Positions 1 to 13,204 of a stretch of 64,000 bases of DNA are shown here, one piece after another. Position 1 is the first letter of the stretch; each line of letters opens with the position of its first letter. The position numbers were made by a program, and so were the translations under genes. The stretch comes from the human T2T-CHM13v2.0 reference genome, Homo sapiens: NCBI RefSeq assembly GCF_009914755.1, contig NC_060928.1. One strand, given 5' to 3'. The notes below the pieces were generated by a model that worked only from the letters and a program-made list of their open reading frames with translations, did no database searches and had not been told where the DNA came from.

Positions 1-1738
<1,738 letters not shown>

Positions 1739-2036
1739 CATTTGTTCATTCATTCAATTATGTATTGAATCACTCAATGTATTTTTGCTTGTCATCCCTG
1801 TCCCTGCTATGTGTTAGGTGATGTGCATACAAATTTATTGAGTAAGTCTGACAAATAGTGACACAGTCTGCTACTCAATCATTCCAGTTAGCTGTACTCT
1901 TATAATTTGTATAAGAGTACACAGCATGGTGCCAAGTCGACATGCTTAGTCCCAAACTGACAGCTGTTGTTACGGCCAGCTTTGTGAATGAGTGTTTACA
2001 CCTGTCATTCTATAATTTTTTATTTCTATTTCTACC

Positions 2037-2318
2037 TTTTTTTTTGAGACAGAGTCTCACTCTGTCACCCAGGCTGGAGTGTAGTAGCACAGTCTTGGCT
2101 CACTGAAACCTCCGCCTCAAGTGATCCTCCTGCCTCTGTCTCCCAAGTAGCGGGGATTACAGGTGCCCACCAGCAAGCCCATCTAATTTTTGTATTTTTA
2201 GCAGACATGGGTTTTTACCATGTTGGCCAGGCTAGTCTCAAGCTCCTGACTTCAAATGATTCACCCGCCTCAGCCCCGCAAAGTGCTGGGATTATAGGCA
2301 TGAGCTACCCCACCTGGC
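2037..2318 (-). mobile_element. AluS-type SINE
   Basis: Poly-T then GAGACAGAGTCTCACTCTGTCACCCAGGCTGG ... AAAGTGCTGGGATTATAGGC. Confidence 0.92.
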
Positions 2319-2449
2319 TTAGCCTATAATTATTAATAACATGCCTTTTACTTTCAAAATAGTTGAGGTTTGGAAGATAAATCATATGGTCTCATACTAT
2401 GATGGCACCGTATGTAAGATGCAGTGGCTGATTAATAAAAATAACATTT

Positions 2450-2573
2450 AAGGATGTAAGCTCCTTCAGGACAGGGGTTTTATCTGTTCCATTTACTGCT
2501 TTGCTTAACCCTGCCTCACCAAAACCATCTGGCATACAATAAAGGCTCAATAAACATTTGTTGAATGAATGAG
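2450..2573 (+). mobile_element. L2 LINE 3' end relic
   Basis: GTAAGCTCC...CAGGGG...CTCAATAAACATTTGTTGAATGAATGA is the typical L2 terminus. Confidence 0.7.
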
Positions 2574-3164
2574 TAAAAATGCAGCCTGGGGAGTCAGTGC
2601 AAAGAAGGTTTGTACTAGATTTGAGACATGAAGGTTGGGGAAGGAATTTTTCATGTGAGAACAGATGGAGGGAACAGTGTTTGCAAAAATAAAAGGGGAT
2701 GACAAAGCATGCCTGTGTAGGGGGCTAGACACCATCTGATGTTGCTGGCCCACTCAAATTGCAAGCTCTAAAAAGATAAAGTGAAACCACCAGAGAACAG
2801 AACCCCAGAACCTAGAGAGTTTGCTTTAGGAGAGAGTATCAACTTGATTCTGAAGATAATGGGAACAGGGGGCTTCAGAAGCTTTTAAACAAATGACTAC
2901 TTTGCATATTTAAGAGGATCATTTTGGCTGAAGTAGTAAGAAGGATTCAGGGTGGGAAAAAATGGTGTTTGGAAGACCTGTTAGAAGACTGTGTGAGGAT
3001 CAGTTGGAAGAATTTTTATTAATCTAAAGCTTTGCTGGACTCTGCTGCTCCATAGGGAATTTTTCACAGATCTCTGGCATGATGAGAACAATAAAGCCTA
3101 TACTGAATTCATTTCATTTACTAAAACTCAATGCACTAAATTGAAAAGAACACACTTTTGATGC

Positions 3165-3270
3165 TGACATGATAATTAAACATGTATACCATGTGTATCA
3201 AATATCAGTATCAAAATATCAGATATAACCCCAAAATGTGTACAATTATTACACATCAATTAAAACATTA
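3165..3270 (+). mobile_element. Short L1MA-type 3' end fragment
   Basis: CATGTATACCATGTGTATCAAATATC...CCCCAAAATGTGTACAATTATTAC.CATCAATTAAAA, flanked by near-duplicated AAAAGAACAC..TTT. Confidence 0.55.
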
Positions 3271-5010
3271 AAAAAGAACACTTTGTGAAATTATATTGTA
3301 AACATTTTTTTCAACACTAAATCTATCATTTGTTTTACAAAACACTGGTGATGGTGGATAATGTACTTTTAAAATATTCTTATTTTGGTAAAATAGAACG
3401 ATGCCATTTCTAACCAATAGTGACCCTAATAATCCCTACAATTGGTACAGTCCCTACAATTTGGGGGAAATTTTACACAACCAGTAAATCACTAAGTTTA
3501 TTCTCTTTGGTATAGAGAAGAGTTGATAAATATCTGAACTCAGGAAGTGGCAGTGGGGTTGCAAATAAGAGATGAAAGGTTTGAGAGATATTTAATAAAT
3601 AAAATGAATAGGCAATGGTTGGTACAATATCAGGTATAGGCACTTTTAATTCAAATATCTGGATGCTTCAAGTGCAATTATAAGTTCTTGTTCCTAGTCC
3701 AAATAATGCAAATAATTCCCTTGGCTCTCCATTTTTGTTTCCATGTGTAGCTATTTCCTGCATTGAAACAATCATATTTTTTCCTTGTTGAATATAAATA
3801 TTTCTATCTCTTGAATGAGTAAGAGAAAAAGTGATATGTAAAGCCACGCTCATACATATCATCTGGCACTATATATTCCAGCAACAAAACACATTCCTTT
3901 TTTGTATAATAGCATGCCATTTGATATATATTGATTTATGTAAACGCTTGGGAAACCAGAGTTCGGTTTACATTTTTGAATGATTTCTGCACTCTTTAAA
4001 GAGAGTATCTTTCAAAGACGAATGACCCAGGGGCCAATATTCATCTTTCAGATTTCAATTTTACTCAGCAGAGAGAAAGTTTGCTGCTGCTAAATCATTG
4101 TCTCTTATGAGCTCTCTATTGGGACCATGAAGCTTTATTGGAGTAAATAGGCTAGTTTCTGCTCACAGAACCCCTCCACCTCCTACCTCTCTAATCTAGC
4201 TGTCTGCAATTCCTTCAGTAAGACAAAGTGGGAAACATACTTATTCAACAGTTATTATCACTGTTAACTGTGAGACCCCCTTTGACATGAGTGTTGTAAT
4301 GGAGAATTATCCATCTGAGAATATCTCCACACTTGTCAGTCACCTTCAGAAGTAAGATACAGATGCCAGGTGTTTGTTTTTATTTGTTTTGGTTTTATTT
4401 GTTTGTTTATTGTTGTTTTCCTGATGAGTGGAGAACAAGCTGCCGAAACTTAAGAACTCACTGTCTTGAAGACTTCTACCCTGAAGCTACGGACAAAAGA
4501 TACAAGAATATATAGGACATGTTAAAAGAAGAAGGGGAAGAAAAAAAAAAAACTTCTAAATCAAAGGGGCAGGACAACAATTATGTAGCTGCGGTCACTC
4601 ATGCAATGGGAAAGTAAAGCTCAGATCTTGTTTGGGACTAGCACCAGCAGTCTGGATAGAAGACAGAACCATGGACGGAGACTGATCACACCCATGGGGG
4701 AAGGAGGAGAACACCTGGGGAGAGAACAAGCAGAGAAGATGAGATCATGATTCATCTTCTGAACCAGGAAGCTGAATTTGTGAGCTGTGTAAGGCAGCAC
4801 AGTCCACAGGTAGCTGCCAACACCAAGGCCACCACTGTGATCTAAGATTAAGAAATGGGGAAGGCTCAGAGACAGCCCAGCCAGAGACCAGGAAGAATCC
4901 TGCTTCAAAGACCCAGGATCAGAAAAGTCTGTCATCAGGAAAAGGAAGAAGCAGCAGAAGATGAATGTTGGGGGTAATGAGGGAAAGAACCCAGATAAAG
5001 GAGGTGCAGG

Positions 5011-5326
5011 GGCCAGGCATGGTGGCTCACACCTGTAACCCAGCACTTTGAAAGGCCGAGGCTGGTGGATCACCTGAGGTCAAGAGTTAGAGAGCAGCCT
5101 GCGCAACATGGTGAAATCCTGTCTCTACTAAAAATAAAAAAATTAGCTGTGCATGGTAGCCCATGCCTGTAGTCCCAGCTACTTGGGAAGCTGAGGCATG
5201 ATAACCACTTGAACCCGGGAGGCAGAGGTTATAGAGGTTACAGTGAGCCAAGATCATGCCACTGCACTCCAGCCCGGGTGACAGAGCAAGATTCTGTCTC
5301 AAAAAAAAGAAAAAAAAAAAAAAAAA
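5011..5326 (+). mobile_element. AluS-type SINE
   Basis: GGCCAGGCATGGTGGCTCACACCTGTAA ... poly-A. Small internal duplication of AGAGGTTA. No TSD visible. Confidence 0.93.
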
Positions 5327-5529
5327 GAGTAAATTATCCTAGTCCAGCAGAGGCTCTAGTGCTAGGAGAACCAGGAGTACAAGATCAGTTTCTAAGAAGT
5401 GTGTCTGAATCCACTCCAGGCTTCTAGTGGTCCCTTCTCAAAAAGATTCCCTAGCAGAGTTGCCATAAAATGAAGTATGTTTCTTCCTGCCCATTGATGC
5501 CTCAGGACACCTCAGCAGACAACCTCTCT

Positions 5530-5860
5530 GTTTTTTGTTTGTTTCTTTTTTAAAGACTGGGTCTCACTCTGTCACCCAGACTGGAGTGCAGTGGCAAGAT
5601 CATAGCTCACTGTAACCTCAAACTTGTGGACTCAAGGGATCCTCCCACCTCAGCCTCCTGAGTAGCAGGTACTAGAGGTGTGTGCCATCACACCCAGCTA
5701 AATTTATTTTGTGCAGAGATAGGGTCTCACTATGTTGCCCAGGCTGGTCTTGAACTCCTGGCCCCAAGTGATCCTCCCCACCTTGGCCTTCCATAGCTCT
5801 GGGACTTCCCAATTTTTTTTAATTTATTGTTTTTAGTGATAGAGTCTTGCTATTTTGCCC
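5530..5860 (-). mobile_element. AluJ-type SINE plus an adjacent partial Alu monomer fragment (~5812-5860)
   Basis: GATCATAGCTCACTGTAACCTCAAAC...CTCAAGGGATCCTCCCACCTCAGCC and CTCACTATGTTGCCCAGG are AluJ-like. Confidence 0.85.
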
Positions 5861-6213
5861 CTCAGTCTGTTCTTCATCTCAAGTCACTCCCCTTAATGTC
5901 ACTGATTTAGATCTGTCACTTTGGAGTCGTTCTTATTTTTCTGCCTGACTTCTTTGACTTGATTCTTCCCTATTGGAATTGGTTTCTCTCTCACCACCCC
6001 TAACCAGTAGACTTAACGCTCCATGAAGCCCAGGATCACCTCTGTACTCCTCCCTGTTTTTCCCAGTACCTGGTGGTGTATCCCTAGCAGAGTGAATGGG
6101 TGAATGATTACACATTTTGACATTATTCTTTAAACAAGTATTGATATCTCTGCTAGAATAAAAAATATCAACTCTGCTGCCCCTTTGCTTAGCACAAAGG
6201 CGACATCTATTCT

Positions 6214-6505
6214 TTTTTTTTTTGTGACAGAGTCTTGCTCTGTCGTTCATGCTGGAGTGCAGTAGCATGATCTCTGTTCACTGCAACCTCTGTCTCTTGA
6301 GTCTAAGCAATTCTCCTGCATTAGCCTCCTGAGTAGCTGGGACCACAGGTGTGCACCACCACCCCTGGCTAATTTTTGTAGTGCTAGTAGAGACAGGGTT
6401 TCACCATATTGGCCAGGCTAGTCTCAAAGTCCTGACCTCAGGTGATCAGCCTACCTCGGCCCCCCAAAGTGCTGGGATTACAGGCATGAGCCACCATGCC
6501 TGGCC
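6214..6505 (-). mobile_element. AluS-type SINE with a 12-bp TSD
   Basis: Full dimer. TSD GACATCTATTCT at 6202-6213 and 6506-6517. Confidence 0.95.
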
Positions 6506-6605
6506 GACATCTATTCTCTATATCAGAAACCTCCACCTGTAATGATAATTTAGAAATATGGACAAGACAACAGTGAGCAAGATAGCAATCCCAGGAATAA
6601 ATCAG

Positions 6606-8279
6606 GGGAAAGATACAATCCCAACCACCATAATCCCAGTTGATGAAATTTCCAAAGAACGAAACCCCCAAAATCTAAAATCTTGAAAATATAATTCTGG
6701 AAAAGCATAATTTTAAAATCATTTGAAATACATTCACTTACATGTTTAAAAGGGGATTTAGTTGAGAACCATATAAAAATAAAACAGAACACTTCATGGT
6801 CCACTTTCCACAACAAAATAGTCAATATAACAAATATTCTTGCAAGCATAAACATGGGCAGACAAACTGTATTCATGAGGAAACAGGTCAAAAAGAGAAA
6901 TGTATGAATGCATATCACTATGGTGGTTAATTGTGTGCACCCAGCTTTATAACTGCAGTCATCTGAAATACCATGATGGACAACCCAAGTCTTTTGATGA
7001 GACTGTTCAAAAACCTTGATAGGTTATCACCGCATCACCCTACCAGTCACTCAGAAACATCCAACATCTCGAGAAATGTTATATTTCACAAATGCAGGCA
7101 TACAACAAGAACATCCCTTTATTTATTGAGGAAATTTCAACATTTTTACATACACACACAATGTTTACATGCAAAGCCAATGTTGTGTTAATGCATTTTC
7201 ATGGAATCACATTTGCGAAAAATGTGTAAAATGAATCAGCACTGTCTAACATGATTTATATGTCCAGTATTAGAAATGATGCAAAGATGAAATCTATAGC
7301 ATAACAAATTATATTAAAAAAAATGCTTGGAATTTAGAATAGTAAAAAACCTTTAAAAAGATAAAAGAAAAGAAACAAAAATAAAACAATTTGACAAATA
7401 AAAAAGAGTAATTACACGGATAGATTATGTGCAATTGCATAGATAGCTCATAAAAGCTGGCCAAGTTTTATAATCATTAACCATATTTTGAAGTCTTTTT
7501 TTTTCATCATGAATAGCTGTTTGTTTGTCTGTTTGTTTGTTTTTCTTTTAGGATATGACTCTCCTAGTGGAATATGTTCACATTCATTTTCTACATGGCA
7601 CTGCTCCTTTCCAAAATTCTTCTATGATTCAATATACACTGATGTGAGCTTTCCCTAAGTTATCCCATCTTCTGTGTCATGCTTCTATGGTGTCTTGGGT
7701 ATGCAGAAATCCATTCTGTACGTACTCATATAGAGGCCACAAATTTGGCAGGAACAATACCAATGATCGAACAGCAATACAATTGCAAAAGTGTCTTATC
7801 CTACCAGGCACAAAATTGTTTTTAAACCAGTCAGTAACTTCAATGGCTTTTTCAGAAAAATGCAGTTTTAATTCATTAAAAGCTCCTGGAATGTCATCAG
7901 CTGGAAGGAATGCCTGTGCAAATAAATACATGTTTAAACTGAAGTTTTTCTTGTTGCCTTATCATGTGGCAAATCCACTCATCTGAATTTTCCTCCAAAT
8001 GTATTGGGTTTAATGAAAATAAAAAGAGACAAGTTTTGGTAACACCTTGACATTCACTTTTAGATATCATGATCATACCCAATTTCAGATCTGTCATTAT
8101 GGACTGTGGATTCACTTGAAATCTATTTTCTTCTGCATAAAGACAATAACAAGCTAATAGTTCTGCCTAACATGATGCACAAACTCATCCTGTGATTGTG
8201 ATTTTCAGTATTTTAGAAATTGGAGATTTTGATCTTTGGAGACTTCATCATTTGGGATTGTGTCTTTTGATCCAAACTG
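6606..8279 (-). mobile_element. Ricksha-family (MULE/MuDR) DNA transposon fossil
   Basis: Degenerate TIRs (AAAGATACAATCCCAA.. left; TTTGGGATTGTGTCTTTTGATCCAAAC right). TAAATCAG flanks both ends (6598-6605, 8280-8287). MULE transposase remnants lie inside. Confidence 0.85.
7600..8115 (-). pseudogene. Degenerate MULE transposase catalytic-domain remnant
   Basis: Fragments PQSIMTDLKLG...GVTKTC, AFLPADDIPGAFNELK...DWFKNNFV.GRIR and NGF.HTQDTIEA*HRRW resemble the MULE second-D and TxNxxExWH motifs. Frameshifts and stops are present. Confidence 0.75.
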
Positions 8280-8924
8280 TAAATCAGATTTGAGGAAAAA
8301 GACAGAAACCCAGGTCCTACCCAAAGTCCCAGGGCATCAGCTGGACTGGAAGCAGGCCAACCAGACAATAAAAACACAGAAAAGGACAAGGTCTTCAATG
8401 GGTGCTAATTGAGTCTCAACTCTAGGGAAAGGAGCAAGTAGAATAGACAGCACCTACAACTTAATTGCCTTTTTTGCAAGTCATACTTCTCTGGTGATGG
8501 CGTAGAGTACAAATGCACATAAGTGACTGTACCCGGTCCATGACTACCCCATCCCCTGCACCTGCAGCTCCATGTGCATTGGAACCTTCTACATCATGAG
8601 AAAACTGAGCTCAACATTACAGTGCTGCTCCTTTGAGACTGAATCAGGTCAACAGAGGTTTAGTCGATGCTTCCCAAGTACACATGCCTCATTCTGGCAT
8701 TGTGAGAATGGGTGAAAATGATTAGAAACATGTTCCCCTATCTGGACCTAACAGATTATCAGTTGAGAGAGCTCTTGAAAATGCCAAAGCTGACCACATC
8801 ATCCCTTTCTTTTTATCCCTGCATGACTCACCATCAGCTTCACTGTAAAAGTACAGATTTCTGGCAAGAGTAGCCCTCAGGCATTGCCTTTCTCCATGAG
8901 CTTGTTTCCTTTTAGGCCTGTTTT

Positions 8925-9396
8925 TTTCATGACACACTAGCCACACTGGCCTATTTTTGATTCCCGAAAATGCCAAGCTGGCTTTTCTCTAAGAGTAGTG
9001 CATTGGCTATTTCCTCTATCTAGGAACATTTTACATCAAACTTTAGCATGAACAGTCCAGTGGTATTTTTGAGGTCTTAACTCAAATGTCACCTCTCCAG
9101 AAAGACTTTTTCTAACTATCCTATCAATGGGGTCATATCCCATTCATTGCTATGCTTCATCCTAGTACGTTGTTTGTATTGTCTCCATTCCAGCTATCAC
9201 TCAGTAAAATTATATAGCAGCCTCTGCTTACTTGATTATTTGCTATTACTCAAAAATGTAAGCTTAGAGACAGTGGGAATCTTGTTCCTTGTTCTGTCTG
9301 CATTATTTAGAAAAGAGGGCTTGGCTCAACATGAATGCCCAATGAAATTGCATTCACTAGATGGATGAGTGACTAAATGTATGAATGAATGAATGA
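8925..9396 (+). mobile_element. L2 LINE 3' portion
   Basis: CTAGCCACACTGGCC..., CTCAAATGTCACCTCTCCAGAAAG..., terminal GAATGAATGAATGA. Confidence 0.7.
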
Positions 9397-9815
9397 CTCA
9401 GGCCTGGATGACAGTAGCTGCACCTTGGAAGACAAGGTCTTGGAGATGACAATAAACAGAAAGCAGCAAAATGTGCTGATACTGTTCAAACCCAGGTCTC
9501 TAAATTTAAAACCTGTGCTCTTTCTTCTTTGCCATGCTTCAGTATGGACTCTGCTGTTCCCAGAGTCAGTTGAATGAATGCTTATCCAGGTAAATGGATC
9601 CAGGGGACCACCAGATAAATCCCAAATGTGTCCCTGTCTCATTTCTTATCCAGCCTGATAAAAGTCTAAATGTTCATGGAAGCACGCAGCTGCATCTCCT
9701 TGCTAAGTTTTGCAGATGTCCTGTGCATCTGGCTTGGAATATTTTATTCGTCATTACAAAACTCTCTTAATCATCACTCCTCCAAGAAGTCTGCAGGGAA
9801 CTCCATCATCCCATG

Positions 9816-10217
9816 TGTGTTAGGTCATTTCTGCATTGCTATAAAGAAATATTTGAGGCTAGGTCATTTATAAAGAAAAGAGGTTTAATTAGCTCATCGT
9901 TCTGCAGGCTTTACAGGAAGCATGGAGCTGGCATCTGCTCAGCTTCTGGGGAAACCTCAGGAAGCTTACAATCATGGCAAAAGGTGAAGGAGAGCAGTCA
10001 TCTCACATAGCAAATGTGGGAGCAAGAGAGAGAGTGGGGGAGGTGCTACACACTTTTAAATGACCAGCTCTCTCAAGAACTTACTCTCTATGGCGAAGAC
10101 AGCACCAGCCCTGAGGGATCCACCTCCATGACCCAAACACTTCCCACCAGGCCCCACCTCCAACCCTGGGGATTAAATTTCAACATGAAATTTGGAGGGT
10201 ATATCCAAGCTATATCA
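9816..10217 (-). mobile_element. MSTA/MSTB-type MaLR solo LTR
   Basis: TG...CA termini, MST consensus motifs (ATAAAGAAAAGAGGTTTAATT.GCTCA; ACAATCATGGC), 5-bp TSD CCATG at 9811-9815 and 10218-10222. Confidence 0.92.
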
Positions 10218-10399
10218 CCATGTCTTCCCCTGGGTTGTATGAATACACTGTATTTACTTCTACCGTTGTCTTTAAAAATTCTGAATTTTAAATATTTATA
10301 AGCATGTTAGTCTCCTGTCTTTTTGAGTGAGCTCCTGACTATCAGGATCTGTGTATACTTTATTTCAAATGACTGTGTGCAGAGTGATTGCTTAAGCAC

Positions 10400-10640
10400 A
10401 TTGTTTCCAGAGTCCTGGTTTCAAATCCTGACTCTGACAATTACTAGCTGGATGACTTTGGGCAAGATACTTACTTTGTGATCTAGTTTCCTCATTTACT
10501 TACTAGATACTTTGCGATCTAGTTTCCTCATTTATAAATTGAGGATGAAAATATTAATAGTGCCAATCAAATGGTGCTGTACTTTAAATAAGTCACTTGG
10601 AACATTATCTGCCACATAGCAGCACCACTTCAGTACCAGT
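10400..10640 (+). mobile_element. MIR SINE relic with an internal 27-bp duplication
   Basis: CCTGGTTTCAAATCCTGACTCTG..TTACTAGCTGG.TGACTTTGGGCAAG core. Confidence 0.7.
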
Positions 10641-10739
10641 TAGTATTACCTTTGTATTCCCAATAACTTGCATAATTCTTGGCATAGAAGCACTCAATGC
10701 ATTTCTGAACATAATTGAGGAAGCAGGAGGAGGAAATAC

Positions 10740-11211
10740 CATGTTAGTTTTCTAGGCCTGTCATAAAGCCCCACAAACTGGGCGACTTAAAACAACAGAA
10801 ATTAACTGTCTCATGGTTGTGGAGATGGAAAGTCCAAAATCAAGGTGTCAGCAGGGACTTGCTCCCTTGGACACTGGGTAGCATTCTTCCTTGCCTCTCC
10901 CCAGCTTCTGCTGGGGGCTGGCACTCCTTGGCATTTCTTGGTTTATAGCTGCAGCCCTGCAGTCCCTGCCTCTGGCTTCACCTCATGTTCTCTGCTGTGT
11001 CTGTGCCTCCATATCTATGTCCATTGCTTTGTAAAAGGACACAAAACATGTTGGGTTTAGGAACCATCCTATTCCCGTATGAGTCCATCTTAATTAATTA
11101 CATCTGCAATGACCCTATTTCCAAATAAGGTCACATTCTGAGGGACTGGGGAAGGGGAGGTTAGGACTCTAACATATTTTTTACGGGGGAGGCACAATTC
11201 AAACCATAACA
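10740..11211 (-). mobile_element. MLT1C/D-type MaLR solo LTR
   Basis: CCACAAACTGGG.GACTTAAAACAACAGAAA...CCAAATAAGGTCACATTCTGAGG...CATAACA; imperfect TSD AATAC/AACAC. Confidence 0.85.
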
Positions 11212-11335
11212 AACACTCTCATTTGGGTAATAACTTTTAAGCTACATATCCTTACTCAGTGATTTTGCATGATCCTCCCAAATGACTTTTGAGTTAGTCA
11301 GTCTCCTCAGTTTACAAATAAGAAAAGAGCACTTA

Positions 11336-12053
11336 TCTACCCTTTCTTCTCACTCTTTCCTCGCATTTTTTTTCCTGAACACTCATTTGAAACTATTGAC
11401 ATATATCCTATGATATATGTCAATATATATGTAAGAGAAAGAGAGCTCTTTGTAAGAGATCTCCCAGGGATCCAAGCTACTAAATGACATAGAAGAAAGC
11501 AAACTTGTGTTTCCCAGTCCTACCTCCTGGAGAGTCCTCTCCTCCACCATGCCTCTTATCTCCATCAGCACATGCCGAGGCAGATGTTGAACAATCATTC
11601 TGTGTCAGGCCCTGCACTGCCTGCTATGGAGAAGTCAAGGAATGAGGTGCCCATCCTGCCTGCAAGTCTCTTGTAATTGGTCAAAGTCCTAGCAATTGAT
11701 TCAGAGTCAAGATTCCAAGGTTCAGGGGAAGATTCTCTATGTGGATGTGATCAGTAACAGCTCCCAAAAGAGGTGGCTGAGATTCTTCCACCCTCTCTTC
11801 CTCCCTTCTCTCTATCCTTATTTCCCTTCTCTTCTGTTTCATTTTCTTCTTTCTTAGAGTGTGGCTGAGATTCTTCCACCCTCTCTAAACTTCCTGCTCT
11901 CTATTCTTATTTCCCTTCTCTTCTGTTTCATTTTCTTCTTTCTTCCTCCTTCACTCACCTAACTCTCCCTTTCATTCTACCCTTTCTTCTCACTCTTTTC
12001 TTGTATTTTTTTTCCTGAACACTCATTTGAAACTATTGACATATGTCTTATGA
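11336..12053 (+). repeat. 78-bp dispersed direct repeat (11336-11413 and 11976-12053)
   Basis: Direct comparison gives 73/78 identical, no gaps, offset 640 bp. Confidence 0.9.
11769..11944 (+). repeat. Tandem duplication of an ~88-bp pyrimidine-rich unit
   Basis: AGAG(T)GTGGCTGAGATTCTTCCACCCTCTCT...TTCTGTTTCATTTTCTTCTTTCTT at 11769-11855 and 11856-11944. Confidence 0.9.
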
Positions 12054-12069
12054 CTAATTTCTTTTAATA

Positions 12070-12916
12070 CAGCAATTTCTGGAGTACAGTAATTTTGCTC
12101 AACATCAGTTTGTTACAATGTCGACCAGAGAAAAAAATCCATTTCTGTCTGGGTCAGCTGTCTGTGTGGAGTTTGCATGTTTGCCCCACATCTGCATGGG
12201 TTTTCTCTGGGTATTTCTGTTTTCTCTTACGTCTCAAATATGTGCACATTAGGTGAGTTGTCATGTCTAAATTGTCCCAGTCTGAGTCTGGTGAGTGTGT
12301 GTATGTGAGTGCATCCTGTGATGGAATGCTGTCCTGTCCAGGGTTGGTTTCCACCTGACACCCAGGGCTGCTGTGATAGGCCCTGTCTACCTGCAACCCT
12401 GAGCTGGAATAAGCAGATTGGAAAATGAATGAACACAAAATATTGTACGATAAAAATGCGTAAAGAATACAATAGTCACAGAAATGCATAATAATAAACA
12501 ATGCACTTTGAAAGTGCTCAGCCAGGCCAGCCTGTTGGTTATTGTCTTTGAAGTACGTGGTGATAGCAGATGTTTCTTACAAATTTTCTTTGCAAACAAG
12601 CAATACCTTGATTTAACCTAGCATCACTGTGACTAACATGATTCACTGATTCACCACAAACTGGGCAAATGCATTTATTTGCTTTTGTTAACTTTTCTTA
12701 ACTCATTGATAGCTCACACTTATTTTAATGTTTTATATTGTGTTTTGGGTCTTTCTTTAGAAGTTTGGTGATGTTTGGGTACCAGAAATATACAGTAAAA
12801 ACTTAACTCTTGTTTGTATCAATTAGCCCATGGTAAAATTGGTTTTGTTACATGTCATTTTGCCTAAAGTTGCAGTTTGGAAGAACTTTTCAATGACCTT
12901 AAGTGAGCACTTACCA
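12070..12916. mobile_element. MER6 (TcMar-Tigger) non-autonomous DNA transposon
   Basis: Both ends match recalled MER6 termini (CAGCA..TC..GA.TA.. and ...TTAAGTGAGCACTTACCA). TA flanks both ends, length is ~850 bp, and there is an internal V-SINE-like GTCTGTGTGGAGTTTGCATGTT. Confidence 0.8.
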
Positions 12917-13113
12917 TACATATTTCTTGAGAACTGCTATCTTAGGGTATTTCCAGGCTGTTCCATTCATTTTGCTCCCTTTACTCTAAGCTATACTTCT
13001 AAGTAATAGTATCCTGCTTTTATAGACAGACACACTCAAAAGATTATTTACCTCACCCAAGCCAACCCAGCAAGCTCATGGTCTGCAAGACTCTAAGTAA
13101 GCCTAGAGCTCTC

Positions 13114-13204
13114 ACCCCTTCCCTCCCCTCCTCTCCCCCTCCTCCATTCCCCTCCTCTCCCCTCCCTTCCCTTTCCCTCCCCTCCCCTCCCTCCCCTCCC
13201 CTCC
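13114..13204 (+). repeat. (CCCCT)n-like pure polypyrimidine tract
   Basis: Run of CCCCT/CCCT units; G-rich (GGGGA)n on the minus strand. Confidence 0.9.

Noticed and set aside
1900-2400. Possible hAT-Blackjack (MER94-like) relic around the Alu
   Set aside because: Only one end motif (TTTGGAAGATAAATCATATGGTC) is recognisable; that is insufficient.
4420-4555. Unique sequence followed by an A-run, resembling a retrocopy tail
   Set aside because: No recognisable parent protein, poly-A signal or TSD.
4575-5480. Purine-rich stretch that may be an ancient LTR (similar case at ~16950-17405)
   Set aside because: Too diverged to assign termini or a family by eye.
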